Source: Candidatus Falkowbacteria bacterium
GTDB taxonomy: Bacteria; Patescibacteriota; Patescibacteriia; Patescibacteriales; UBA12465
Reading direction: 5' to 3'
DNA: 64,000 nt
NCBI GenBank assembly: GCA_026396805.1
Contig: JAPLVZ010000016.1
Span: 8,122 to 72,121 of the forward strand
This document shows, piece by piece, positions 51,705-61,281 of this stretch. The notes beneath the pieces were generated by a model that was given only the letters and a program-made list of their open reading frames with translations, was not told the DNA's origin and ran no database searches. A program made the position numbers and the translations under genes. Within the stretch, counting starts at the first letter, position 1. Each line of letters opens with the position of its first letter.

Positions 51705-52430
51705 TCAGATAACCATCTTAGCGACTAATTTTTCTTTGGCGAAATTCTGCGCCTTGAGCAAGCTGTCGAAAGTCCCGGCGTCCAGCCATTCCTCCTCCAC
51801 CATCGCCACTTCCAGTTCGCCTTTGGCCAAAAACCAATTATTGACATCGGCAATTTCCAACTCTCCGCGCGCGCTCGGGTTTATTTCCTTAGCTGCCTGA
51901 ATAACGCGATGATCGTAGATATACAAACCGGTGACGGCATAATCGCTCAAATGCTCTTGGGGTTTTTCCGCTATTTTTTCCACTTTCATATTCTTATCAA
52001 ATTTTACGACGCCGAAACGTTCCGGGTCGGGAACCTTCTTCGCGAAAATTTTCGCCCCGCCTTTGAAGCTTTTGATGGCGTCGGAAACGTCATCTTCAAA
52101 AATGTTATCGCCTAAGATCATCACCACGTCTTCCCGGTCAATAAAATTCTCGCCGATAATAAAAGCCTGGGCCAGACCTTCCGGATGATCCTGAATCTCG
52201 TAAGTGAATTTAACCCCGAATTCTTTACCGGAACCAAGCAAATTCAGGTAATCGCCGGCGCTTTCGGGAGCGACAATTATCAGAATTTCTTTAATCCCGG
52301 CCTTGACCAGCGTATTGAGGGGATAATAAATCATCGGCCGATTATAAATCGGGAGCAGTTGTTTGGAAGTAATTTTGGTCAGCGGTCGGAGCCTGGTGCC
52401 GGAACCGCCGGAAAGGATAATGCCACGCAT
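51705..52430 (-). CDS. rfbA: sugar-1-phosphate nucleotidyltransferase (glucose-1-phosphate thymidylyltransferase-like, short form)
   Basis: MRGIILSGGSGTRLRPLTKITSKQLLPIYNRPMIYYPL. Confidence 0.85.
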   Translation of the reverse strand: MRGIILSGGSGTRLRPLTKITSKQLLPIYNRPMIYYPLNTLVKAGIKEILIIVAPESAGDYLNLLGSGKEFGVKFTYEIQDHPEGLAQAFIIGENFIDREDVVMILGDNIFEDDVSDAIKSFKGGAKIFAKKVPDPERFGVVKFDKNMKVEKIAEKPQEHLSDYAVTGLYIYDHRVIQAAKEINPSARGELEIADVNNWFLAKGELEVAMVEEEWLDAGTFDSLLKAQNFAKEKLVAKMVI

Positions 52431-52466
52431 ATGTTTTTATGATAAATTATTTAATAATTTTTTAAT

Positions 52467-53333
52467 TTAATTTTTTCCGGTCTCCAGATATTCTCGGAGC
52501 GCCTCTTTCCAATTCCTTAATTTGTGCACTTTCGTGTTCTGGAGGATAGAAAATTTCGGACGCCGGGCGGCGCGGAACAGATTCTCGCTACGCACGGCGC
52601 GAAGAGCCACTTTTATTTTCTTCTGGCGAAATAATTCCATAGCCGCTTCGTACCAAGTTACCGGACCGCCGTTTACTAAATGATATATTCCAAAAGGAAC
52701 CTCTAATTCCCATAAGCGCTTGGTTGCGGCCGCGAGATCAAGGGTATAAGTGAAACAGCTCAATTCTTCGTTTACGACCGTCAGCTCCTGCTTAGTTTGA
52801 GCCAAATCCAGCATGATGTCAAAAAAACTGGGCTTGGCGCTCGGACCCTCTCCGGCCGGACCGAATAATTTAGAAGTTCTGATCAGATAGTAGCCGAGGC
52901 CGAGACCGCCGCGGCGCGTTATTTCCCTCTCGCCCTGGAATTTGCTCTCCCCGTATTTATTGGCCGGATTAGGCGTTTCGTCTTCGCTAAAAGACTGCTT
53001 CTGGTCCGTTCCGCTAAAGACATAATCAGAAGAATAATGAATCAGGATCGCCCCGATTTCCAAAGACAAATCGGCCAAAGCGGCCGGCAAATTAACATTA
53101 AGCTTAAACGCGCTGGCATAACCGTCTTTATCCTCGCAATGATCGACGGCGTTATAAGCGACCGTATTAATGATCAGTTCCGGCTTTAATCCGCGTATTT
53201 TAGCGGCTAAAATAACGAAATTCGTCGCGTCAAAATCCTCCCGATCTAAGGAAACGGTTTCATAATCGACGGAAAACAATTTAGTGAGTTGGGAACCGAG
53301 ATTTCCTCGGCCGCCCAGGATAAGTATAGGCAT
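52467..53333 (-). CDS. rfbD: dTDP-4-dehydrorhamnose reductase-like NAD(P)-dependent reductase
   Basis: ILILGGRGNLGSQL...INTVAYNAVD...YSSDYVF. The start is moved to ATG 53333 because the track start is TTG. Confidence 0.85.
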   Translation of the reverse strand: MPILILGGRGNLGSQLTKLFSVDYETVSLDREDFDATNFVILAAKIRGLKPELIINTVAYNAVDHCEDKDGYASAFKLNVNLPAALADLSLEIGAILIHYSSDYVFSGTDQKQSFSEDETPNPANKYGESKFQGEREITRRGGLGLGYYLIRTSKLFGPAGEGPSAKPSFFDIMLDLAQTKQELTVVNEELSCFTYTLDLAAATKRLWELEVPFGIYHLVNGGPVTWYEAAMELFRQKKIKVALRAVRSENLFRAARRPKFSILQNTKVHKLRNWKEALREYLETGKN

Positions 53334-53353
53334 GGTTCTAGTATACCAAGCCG

Positions 53354-53382
53354 TTGACAAAAATCAAGAAAAACTATAAAGT
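53354..53382 (+). promoter_or_regulatory. sigma70-like promoter for the plus-strand orphan gene (TTGACA-17-TAAAGT)
   Basis: TTGACA at 53354-59, a 17-nt spacer, then TAAAGT at 53377-82. Confidence 0.5.
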
Positions 53383-53436
53383 TGAAAGAATCCTTGTAAC
53401 TTAAAAACTTGATATTAACCAAATAAAATCGACGAA

Positions 53437-54531
53437 ATGAAAAAAAATGCGGAAACAAAAAAAGCAGTAAATTTCGGCCAACTGGCTGAAGCGTTTAATA
53501 GAGCCCGAAAAAATCCAAACGATTCGGACGCCGTTAAAAAATGGGAAAAAATCTTTGACGAAAAATGGGCCGAACCGATTAACACCATTCCCAGCACGGT
53601 TGAATATATATCTGCCTGGCTCTGTTATGTCCCGCCGTCACGACGACCGGTCCTGTTACACCGGTTGCTAAGCGGAGCGATAACCCCGAAAGCTTTACAT
53701 GATTGCCTGGCCGGTACGACCGGTTGGGAAAAGAAAGAAAAAGAAGAATTGGAAAAAGCTTGGCAGGAAGCGAGCAAACGTTTCTGTCTTGATAATGAGT
53801 CTTTTCTTCTTAAAAATGAAGCTCTGGTCGCCTTGGCGAATAACATTTTTTATTTGGCTCCCCCTTGGCAAGCAGAAGCCACGGCTGGAGTATCCCGGCT
53901 TATCGTCACGAAAAAGCACAATGACAACGTCAAAGAACTCTACCTCGCCATCACGACTCCGGGCGATTTATCGGACAACGCTTGCCGGCGCTTCCTGGAC
54001 ATAGCCAAAAATCAGGAAGAAGCGGCCAGTATGATTTCTAAATTATCACTGGTAAACCAAGCCGATCCTCCGGAAAAACTGCAGTTGCAGAACGTCTCCG
54101 CCGACAGAACGCGGCAAGAGAGAATTCTGGCATTATGGGAGGAACTGAAATTAGCCAAGTTCCTTAAAACCCGGACTTTGGCGGTAGCGGAAAAGATAAT
54201 CAATAATTTTGCTCCGGATGATCAGCATCTCGACATCCTCAAAGATGCTAGAGCCTGTCTGCATCTGACCCGATTTATAAATAGTCATCAGACAGGAAAA
54301 AAGATTTATAAAATGATTATCGCCATCCATGGAAATGAGAATCTCCTCGCCGTTCCGGCCATGAGCGCTTGGGCTCTCTCTTTAAGCCTGATCCTTAAAA
54401 TGACAAATCAGTATCTTTCCAACGAAGAACTGGGCGAGTTGTATAAAATCGTCACCGGAAAAGTGAAAAACGAAATCGCCGAAGTATATTTCGGACGGGT
54501 TAAAAAGGAATGGTTTGATAACCCGCTTTAA
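53437..54531 (+). CDS. orphan all-helical protein of unknown function
   Basis: 364 aa with ATG start, its own promoter and terminator, and host-like composition. I recognise no motif. Confidence 0.65.
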   Translation: MKKNAETKKAVNFGQLAEAFNRARKNPNDSDAVKKWEKIFDEKWAEPINTIPSTVEYISAWLCYVPPSRRPVLLHRLLSGAITPKALHDCLAGTTGWEKKEKEELEKAWQEASKRFCLDNESFLLKNEALVALANNIFYLAPPWQAEATAGVSRLIVTKKHNDNVKELYLAITTPGDLSDNACRRFLDIAKNQEEAASMISKLSLVNQADPPEKLQLQNVSADRTRQERILALWEELKLAKFLKTRTLAVAEKIINNFAPDDQHLDILKDARACLHLTRFINSHQTGKKIYKMIIAIHGNENLLAVPAMSAWALSLSLILKMTNQYLSNEELGELYKIVTGKVKNEIAEVYFGRVKKEWFDNPL

Positions 54532-54543
54532 TAACCCGCTTTA
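54518..54543. repeat. perfect 13-bp tandem duplication (ATAACCCGCTTTA x2) spanning the orphan gene stop codon
   Basis: Regions 54518-30 and 54531-43 are identical. Confidence 0.95.
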
Positions 54544-54573
54544 AAAATTCGAAGAACAGCCCCAATTTAATAA

Positions 54574-54606
54574 AGCCCCGCCATCAAAAACGGGGCTCTT
54601 TTATTT
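54574..54606 (+). terminator. rho-independent terminator of the orphan gene
   Basis: AGCCCCG - 10-nt loop - CGGGGCT followed by CTTTTATTT. Confidence 0.75.
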
Positions 54607-54683
54607 CTAAAAATTTATTCCGGCGCAAAAAAACTTATTCTTCTATTTCTCTCTACCCTTCCCGCCTTTCCCTTCCATAAATT

Positions 54684-55970
54684 TTATTCTTCCCATTCTT
54701 CTCCCTGTCGGACCAATAATTCGGCCGCCCGTTCCGGCTCGGCCATAATTTCCTGGACTGTTTTTTCCAAACGCATTCCTTGCGAACCTTTAATTAAGAC
54801 GATATCGCCGGCTTTCAGTCTATCTTGTAAAAACGCGCCCGCTTCCGGAGCCTGATCGAAATGGAAAACATTATCCTCGCTCATCCCGGCTTGGAGCGCC
54901 GCCCGGACAACATCACGGGATTTTTCACCGACCGCGACAAGATAATCCAGACCGCTCCCGGCCGCTTTAGTGCCGACCAGTTGATGACCTTCGACGGTAT
55001 AATGCCCGATCTCCAGCATATCGCCTAAAACCGCGTACTTGGAGGCGGACGGATCTATCTTGATGCGGCTTAAAATATCTAAAGCGGAGAGAGTCGATTC
55101 CGGCGAAGAATTATAAGTATCATCAATAATAAAAGTATGCTTGATTCCCGGCAAGACGTTCATGCGTCCGAGCGGCAGGGAAAAATCCTTGAGAGCCGCC
55201 GCGATTTCTACCAGGTTCATCTTAAAATATAAACCGACGGCCGCGGCCGCCAGGGCGGCGTACAAAACCGTTTCCGACAGGACATTATCCATAAAAACCG
55301 GCACAATCGATCCTTTATAATTCATTTTAAAATTCAAGCCGGACAATTCATAATTGCCTTTAGTAAAATTATAAACGATATCTTGGGCCTGCAAATCCGC
55401 TCCCGCTTTTAACCCATAAGTCAAAACTTTCGCTTTACTGGCTCCGGCCATCTCCCGCGCCGCTTCATTATCATAATTTAAAATCGCCAAACCTTTATTA
55501 TCCAGGTTCTCAACCAAAACCTGTTTTTCTTTCTTGATATTCACCAGGCTGCCAAAATATTCCAAATGCGAATGACTGACCGCCGTGACAATCCCGATAT
55601 TAGGCGGAGCGATAGCGGTCAGATAAGCCATATCGCCCGGACGGTCAACCCCCATTTCTAAAATCAAAACCCGCGGATATTTCTCGTCTTTAAATAAGAT
55701 TAGCCCGGCCGCTTTTAAAAATATTTTTATCCAGCCGGCGAGATTCCGGCCGGCCGATTCGGCGCCGATAACGGCGAGCGGCAAACCGATTTCATTATTA
55801 TAATTCTTATGGCTCATGGCGACCGACTCCCGATCTTTTAAAACCGTAAAAATCGCTTCTTTGGCGCTGGTCTTTCCCAAAGAACCGGTAATACCAATGA
55901 CAAGAGGCCGATACTTCTTCAGTATCAGTTTAGCCAGTATCCTTAATTTTATTCGTAATATTTTTCTCAT
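54684..55970 (-). CDS. murF: UDP-N-acetylmuramoyl-tripeptide--D-alanyl-D-alanine ligase
   Basis: The Mur ligase P-loop is GITGSLGKTSAKE. 428 aa, in dcw-cluster context. Confidence 0.88.
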   Translation of the reverse strand: MRKILRIKLRILAKLILKKYRPLVIGITGSLGKTSAKEAIFTVLKDRESVAMSHKNYNNEIGLPLAVIGAESAGRNLAGWIKIFLKAAGLILFKDEKYPRVLILEMGVDRPGDMAYLTAIAPPNIGIVTAVSHSHLEYFGSLVNIKKEKQVLVENLDNKGLAILNYDNEAAREMAGASKAKVLTYGLKAGADLQAQDIVYNFTKGNYELSGLNFKMNYKGSIVPVFMDNVLSETVLYAALAAAAVGLYFKMNLVEIAAALKDFSLPLGRMNVLPGIKHTFIIDDTYNSSPESTLSALDILSRIKIDPSASKYAVLGDMLEIGHYTVEGHQLVGTKAAGSGLDYLVAVGEKSRDVVRAALQAGMSEDNVFHFDQAPEAGAFLQDRLKAGDIVLIKGSQGMRLEKTVQEIMAEPERAAELLVRQGEEWEE

Positions 55971-56025
55971 AAAATTCTCATTTTCTTTATTCAGAGTCTT
56001 CTCATTTTTCGTTTATTCATTATTT

Positions 56026-57927
56026 TTATTTTCTAGTTTTTGGAACTTGATAATACTTTAACATGAAATCGGCGATTTCCGTCCATAAAGGCAAAGCCGA
56101 CCCTTCGGCGTAGGTTACGTCCTTAGGGTCATCTATCTTAGTTAGCATGACGAAAGCCGGGTCGTCAATCGGCGCGATACCAATAAAAGTATGGGTATAT
56201 TTATCCGTACTATAGCCGCCGGGAATCGCGACTTGAGCCGTACCGGTCTTACCGCCAATATAATAACCGTCGATATAAGCGCGTTTGGAATGACCGACCT
56301 CGACGACATTGACGAGCATAGCGGAAATCGTCGTCGCCGTCTTAGCGCTGACTACTTGGCGTAATTGCTTAGGAATCGTTTCTTCCCTCTTACCCTCCCT
56401 GATAATCGCTTGAACGATGTAAGGCTTCATCATTATTCCTTTATTGGCGATAGCTTGGTAAGCCATAACCATCTGGAGCGACGTGACCGAGATGCCTTGA
56501 CCAAAAGCGGCGGTTGCCGCGTCTATTTCCCGAATTTTATTGGTTAAAAGATTACCGATATTGCCGGTGCTTTCCGCCCCCAGCTCAATTCCGGTCCTCT
56601 CTCCAAATCCATAATCCTTAACATAATCGGCGAAGACTTTCGAACCGACCTGGCGCATCGCGAAAATCGCGCCCGTATTCAAAGAATTTTCTAAAACCGT
56701 ATTCATATCCACGACGCCGTGTCCGCCATGAGTGGAAAAATCTGAATTCTTAATCGGCTTCGGCCAACCATTGATCATTATCTGCCCTTCATCCTTATAC
56801 GTCGTTGTCGGGGACACTTTGCCTTGATCGACGGCGATAGACATGGTTATGGTCTTAAAGACCGAACCCGGCTCATATTGGTTGAATAAGGCCGAATTAT
56901 TATAGACGCTGATATCGGAGACATTATTATAATCATTGGGATTAAAGTCCGGAACCGAGCACATGGCGATAATCGCTCCGGTTTTCGGATTGACGGCGAT
57001 GACCGAACCGCCCTCGGCGCCGTGTTTTTTGACCGCTTCTTTTAGTTTGGTGCAAGCAATAAATTCCACGTTGCGATCCAAAGTCAAAACCAAATCCGAA
57101 CCGGCGACCGGTTTGATATATTCGCGGTCGTTAACGATAATCACGTTGTCCTGACCGCCTCTTTCTGATTTTAGAGATCCGTATTTGCCAAACAGTTCTT
57201 CGTTAAAAAATTCTTCCAAGCCATATTTGCCGTTGCCGTCGCCGCTGGCGTAACTGACAAAACCCAAAACATGCGAAGCGATTTCATTTTCCGGGTAATA
57301 ACGAAAATTTCCCAAATCAAAACCCAAGCCCGGTATTTTTAATTGTTCGACAACCGTCGAAGTCGCGCCGGGAGATTTCTTGAACAAGACTAGGCCGTCT
57401 TTCAATTCGAGGTTAGAAGCGATTAAAGGCGTTTTTTTTCCTTCCAGCGGTTCATAGACATCGCCCGGTTTATCCAAACGTTTTAAGTAAGCGGCCAGTA
57501 TTGTTTCTTTGGTGGAAGTCGCGATTATGGCCGTACTGCTGGCCAGCTCTTTTAATCCCGCTTCCAAACGCGGCTTATCAAAAAACTCATATAATTTTTC
57601 GGCTAACTCCTTCGGGTTGCTGACATCTTTGGGCACGGCAAAGAGAACCGCCAAATCCTTGTTGGTCGCGAGCGGATAAAGTTTTTCTTGACCGCCCACT
57701 TTCTCGGTAAAATAAATCTTGCCGCGCTCCGGCTTAAGCTGGCTGGAAACTTGCTGTTGGCTGGCGGCCAGCGCCGTATATAAATCACATTGTTTTATCT
57801 GCAGGTTGAACAGTTTGTAAATCAAGGCCCCGGAAAATAAAAAAATAATCGCTACGACTAAGCGCCAGCGACTATTGTTAACTCTAATTTTATCCGGTCG
57901 GGAATTGTTCAGAGAATTACGCCACAT
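56026..57927 (-). CDS. ftsI: class B penicillin-binding protein (FtsI/PBP2-type transpeptidase)
   Basis: An N-terminal TM helix, with SVFK (SxxK), SLN (SxN) and KTGTA motifs. Confidence 0.92.
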   Translation of the reverse strand: MWRNSLNNSRPDKIRVNNSRWRLVVAIIFLFSGALIYKLFNLQIKQCDLYTALAASQQQVSSQLKPERGKIYFTEKVGGQEKLYPLATNKDLAVLFAVPKDVSNPKELAEKLYEFFDKPRLEAGLKELASSTAIIATSTKETILAAYLKRLDKPGDVYEPLEGKKTPLIASNLELKDGLVLFKKSPGATSTVVEQLKIPGLGFDLGNFRYYPENEIASHVLGFVSYASGDGNGKYGLEEFFNEELFGKYGSLKSERGGQDNVIIVNDREYIKPVAGSDLVLTLDRNVEFIACTKLKEAVKKHGAEGGSVIAVNPKTGAIIAMCSVPDFNPNDYNNVSDISVYNNSALFNQYEPGSVFKTITMSIAVDQGKVSPTTTYKDEGQIMINGWPKPIKNSDFSTHGGHGVVDMNTVLENSLNTGAIFAMRQVGSKVFADYVKDYGFGERTGIELGAESTGNIGNLLTNKIREIDAATAAFGQGISVTSLQMVMAYQAIANKGIMMKPYIVQAIIREGKREETIPKQLRQVVSAKTATTISAMLVNVVEVGHSKRAYIDGYYIGGKTGTAQVAIPGGYSTDKYTHTFIGIAPIDDPAFVMLTKIDDPKDVTYAEGSALPLWTEIADFMLKYYQVPKTRK

Positions 57928-57945
57928 AGGACATAGGTTAAAAAT

Positions 57946-58284
57946 TTATTTTCGAGCGACGGTGAGACTGCTGGCGGGAAGATATTCAACGTCACCGATG
58001 GCCACCATGTCCAATCCTTGGGCGCGCGCGTTCAAGGAGTAATAAGATTGCGCCGCGTTAACCGCTTCTTCGTTAGCCATTTTTTCGCTGGCCAAATTGG
58101 ACACCCGTGATTTCAGGTCGCGCAAAGAAAATCCTTGGACGGTCAAGTCGCTGATATTTATCAGATACATGACGCCAAGAACCGCCAAGCCAGCGAATAA
58201 GCAAACGTTAAAATATTTTAAATTGAACCTGACTGAGCCAGAAACCGTTCTCTGGCTAGCGTAATTAGTGGCGATCTTGGTCAT
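57946..58284 (-). CDS. ftsL: FtsL-like small bitopic cell-division protein
   Basis: 112 aa with one TM helix followed by a coiled segment. It lies in the position between rsmH and ftsI. Confidence 0.6.
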   Translation of the reverse strand: MTKIATNYASQRTVSGSVRFNLKYFNVCLFAGLAVLGVMYLINISDLTVQGFSLRDLKSRVSNLASEKMANEEAVNAAQSYYSLNARAQGLDMVAIGDVEYLPASSLTVARK

Positions 58285-58344
58285 AAAAATTAGAGCAAAG
58301 CCCCGCCTGAAGCCGGGGAGATTTTATATTAATTTAAAAATTAT

Positions 58345-59232
58345 CTAGATTTTAATCGCCGCTCGGAGTTTAGCGCTCCGGGCGCGGGGGTTCTCTCTGG
58401 TTTCATCTTCCGTCGGAATAATCGGACGCTTCGTCAATATCTTCCAGCCGGGCGTATCTTTTAAATATCTCTTGACTATCCGGTCTTCACCGCTATGGAA
58501 AGAAACAACCACGAGACGCCCGCCGGTTTTAAGTATCCGCGCGGCGGCCGGCAAGACTTCAGATAGGGCCGGCAATTCTTCGTTAGTTTCCATCCTTAAC
58601 GCCTGGAAAACTCTAGTCGCCGGATGGATACGGGAACGGTTATGGGACGCGGCCGCTGATTCTATCAAAGCGATAAGTTCGGCGGTCGTTTTAAATTTCT
58701 TGATGCGGCGGCCGGCGACAATCGCTTTTGCGATCTGATAAGCTCGGCGCTCTTCTCCGTACTCCCGAAATATCCTGGTCAATTCAAGCAACGGATAATA
58801 ATTTACGATATCGGCGGTGGAGCGTCCATTCGCCGGACCGAAGGCCATATCCAGAGGACGATCGCCCTTGAAGGAAAACCCACGGTTCTCATCATCTAAC
58901 TGCGCCGATGACAAGCCTAAATCCAACACGAGACCGTCAAATCTTTCTTCGGCCGGAAAATTGGCGCCGATAATCGTTTCCAAATTTTTAAAGTTATCCT
59001 GGATCAGAATAATATTTTTTAATTTTCTGTTTTTAATTTCTTCAGCCGCGTTTGAGAGCGCTAAACTATCCAGATCAATCGCGACCACCTTCCCCCGCTC
59101 GCCGACTCTATCCGCGAGCGCCAAGGTATAACCGGCGCCGCCTAAAGTACAATCGATAAATTTCTGTCCGGCCAGCGGATTCAAGAATTCCAGGACTTCT
59201 CGGAGCATGACGGGTTTATGACTGTAAGCCAT
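58345..59232 (-). CDS. rsmH: 16S rRNA (cytosine1402-N4)-methyltransferase RsmH
   Basis: HKPVMLREV...DCTLGGAGY...DLGLSS...SFHSGEDRIVK. Confidence 0.95.
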   Translation of the reverse strand: MAYSHKPVMLREVLEFLNPLAGQKFIDCTLGGAGYTLALADRVGERGKVVAIDLDSLALSNAAEEIKNRKLKNIILIQDNFKNLETIIGANFPAEERFDGLVLDLGLSSAQLDDENRGFSFKGDRPLDMAFGPANGRSTADIVNYYPLLELTRIFREYGEERRAYQIAKAIVAGRRIKKFKTTAELIALIESAAASHNRSRIHPATRVFQALRMETNEELPALSEVLPAAARILKTGGRLVVVSFHSGEDRIVKRYLKDTPGWKILTKRPIIPTEDETRENPRARSAKLRAAIKI

Positions 59233-59233
59233 A

Positions 59234-59665
59234 TTAAATTCCTAGATCTCCCAATTCTTCCGCGATGGCGTTGCTATTCCTTTCCGCTTCGCCTTTATAT
59301 TTATTCCAGGCGCTTTCATCCCAGATTTCTAAATGATTATATAAACCGGCCACGATGATGCTCTTCTTTAATCTGGAAAACTGACGCAGATATTCCGGTA
59401 AAGTAATCCGGCCTTGATTATCAAACTCAACTTCCATGGCGCCGGCGAGTATATGGCGGGAAAAAGATCGGGCTTTGGCTTGGCTTATCGGCAGAGCCGC
59501 GAACTTAGCGGCAATCTTTTCAAACTGTTCTTTGGAGTATAAAAACAAGCAGTCATCCAAACCTTTGGTCACGACCGCTCCTTTATTTAAAATAGCGCGA
59601 AACTTGGCCGGAATGGCCAAACGCCCTTTATCATCCAGATTATGATTGTATTCGCCGATAAACAT
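59234..59665 (-). CDS. mraZ: transcriptional regulator MraZ
   Basis: MFIGEYNHNLDDKGRLAIPAKFR plus a second DxxGR repeat (FDNQGRITLP). The start is moved to ATG 59665 because the track start is TTG. Confidence 0.93.
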   Translation of the reverse strand: MFIGEYNHNLDDKGRLAIPAKFRAILNKGAVVTKGLDDCLFLYSKEQFEKIAAKFAALPISQAKARSFSRHILAGAMEVEFDNQGRITLPEYLRQFSRLKKSIIVAGLYNHLEIWDESAWNKYKGEAERNSNAIAEELGDLGI

Positions 59666-59699
59666 AAACAAAAATAAACGAGATTAAGAAATTAGAAGC

Positions 59700-59772
59700 G
59701 GTGATTTTCACCACTCTCCCCCACAATTCACCTTACGAATATTATTATACACCACAGAGTCCCTATGGTCAA
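59700..59772 (-). promoter_or_regulatory. mraZ promoter (TTGACC-17-TATAAT) with downstream GTGG-type direct repeats and a GGTGA-N3-TCACC palindrome (candidate MraZ operator)
   Basis: On the minus strand, -35 lies at 59772..59767 and -10 at 59749..59744. GTGGT at 59755, GTGAA at 59731, GTGGG at 59724 and GTGGT at 59714, the last two 10 bp apart. The palindrome lies at 59700-59712. Confidence 0.6.
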
Positions 59773-59895
59773 CACTATTATTTCCCTTAAAATAAGCGAA
59801 AAACAAAACAAAAAGCCACTTATCAACAAGCGACTTTAAAAAATAAAAATAATTTGTCAAAAATGTCTAAAAGTTTTCAACAACTAACACACAGG

Positions 59896-60276
59896 CTAAA
59901 AAAGAACGGATTTCGGCGCTCCGATATTCGGTTCACGGTCATAATCCGGTTCCACGATACTGTAATGGCCGAATTTTTTATTTTTTCGACCGGTTTTTTC
60001 TTCCGCCACAACCGGAATTTTCAAGGCATAAGCCAAAGCGTTGGCGGTAATGACACCGATGCGGAGTGAAGTAAAACTGCCGCCGCGGTTAGCGACGACG
60101 ATTTTTTTCAAATCGCTTAATTTCACTTTCTGGGCTTTTAAAAAAGTTTCGAGCGCCGGTAATAATTTCTCTCCCTGATTATGATTGACTTTAATTTTCT
60201 TGGCGACGTTTTTAGTACCCTCCTTTAAAGCAATAATCATTTCGTCTTTAGAAACTGTGTTGATATATAAAATCAT
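59896..60276 (-). CDS. tsaB: TsaB-like protein, N-terminal-domain-only form
   Basis: 126 aa: ...GEKLLPALETFLKAQKVKLSDLKKIVVANRGGSFTSLRIGVITANALAYALKIPV. It covers about half the length of canonical TsaB. Confidence 0.72.
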   Translation of the reverse strand: MILYINTVSKDEMIIALKEGTKNVAKKIKVNHNQGEKLLPALETFLKAQKVKLSDLKKIVVANRGGSFTSLRIGVITANALAYALKIPVVAEEKTGRKNKKFGHYSIVEPDYDREPNIGAPKSVLF

Positions 60277-60281
60277 AAATT

Positions 60282-61280
60282 TTATCCTAAAATCTTTTTA
60301 ACATCTTTTAAATTCTCCACTTTCACCAATCGTTCCCGTATTTTCGCGGCTCCGGGCAAACCGGCCACATACCAGACTAAATGTTTGCGCAGTTCAATAA
60401 TTCCTCTCCGGCCTTTCAACTTGGCGGCCAGAGCCGCGTGACTGACGGCAATTTTAAATATATCTTTCGGTTTCAAATCAATCTGCTTTCCCGTTTTAAT
60501 CTCCTTAAACAGCCACGGCCGTCCCAAAACGCCACGCGCCAAACCAAGCCCGTCGGCGCCGCTCGCTTTTAAAACTTTTTTAGCGCCGGCTAAATCATTT
60601 ATTCCGCCGTTAGCCAAGATAACTCCTTTGAAATACGCGCGCGCTGCTTTGACGATTGACCAATCAGGCTCACCGGCGAAACCTTGGGCTTGAGTCCGGC
60701 CATGAATCATCACAGCGGCTAGCGGCAAATCACTGATGTTTTTCAAAAAGTCCCCAACATTGATATCTCCGGCTTTGGCTCTGATTTTAATTGAGACCGG
60801 TAAAGAGGTATTGGCCAGCACCGCCTCAATAACGGCGTGAGAGCGTTTTAAATCTTTCATTAAGCCGCAACCGGCGCTCTGTTTCACAATTTTTGGAATC
60901 GGACAACCAAAGTTGATATCTATCCCGTCCGGCTTAATTTTCTCGCTGATAATTCTGGCGGCCAGAGCAAAATGCTCGGGATTAGAGCCAAAAAGCTGAA
61001 CGACGTAATATTTTTCGTGCTGGCGATTAAATTTCAATAATTTTAAGGTTGAATTTTTAAAAATTTTATTTTCCGCCTCTTTTCCTTTCGTCTTATTATT
61101 ATTAAGGCGACCCAATGTATAGAAAAGAGCGGCGGCGGAAGCCATCTCGCTATACAAAACATCCGCCCCATATTTTTTGCATATCTGGCGGAAGGCCGAA
61201 TCAGCAAACCCGGCCAGGGGCGCGAGCGCCAAAATCGGCCGCCGGCGTTTTTTTAATTTTTCCCAAAAATTTACTGGCAT
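60282..61280 (-). CDS. dus: tRNA-dihydrouridine synthase
   Basis: LAPLAGFADSAFRQICKKYGADVLYSEM...DINFGCP...HGRT. Confidence 0.92.
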   Translation of the reverse strand: MPVNFWEKLKKRRRPILALAPLAGFADSAFRQICKKYGADVLYSEMASAAALFYTLGRLNNNKTKGKEAENKIFKNSTLKLLKFNRQHEKYYVVQLFGSNPEHFALAARIISEKIKPDGIDINFGCPIPKIVKQSAGCGLMKDLKRSHAVIEAVLANTSLPVSIKIRAKAGDINVGDFLKNISDLPLAAVMIHGRTQAQGFAGEPDWSIVKAARAYFKGVILANGGINDLAGAKKVLKASGADGLGLARGVLGRPWLFKEIKTGKQIDLKPKDIFKIAVSHAALAAKLKGRRGIIELRKHLVWYVAGLPGAAKIRERLVKVENLKDVKKILG

Positions 61281-61281
61281 C

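Noticed and set aside
54638-54676. 39-nt polypyrimidine tract, with G-runs on the minus strand, after murF as a G-quadruplex or H-DNA element
   Set aside because: The G-runs are only 2-3 long with short loops and nothing supports a function. It is probably compositional, continuing from the Glu-rich murF C-terminus (GAA/GAG codons).
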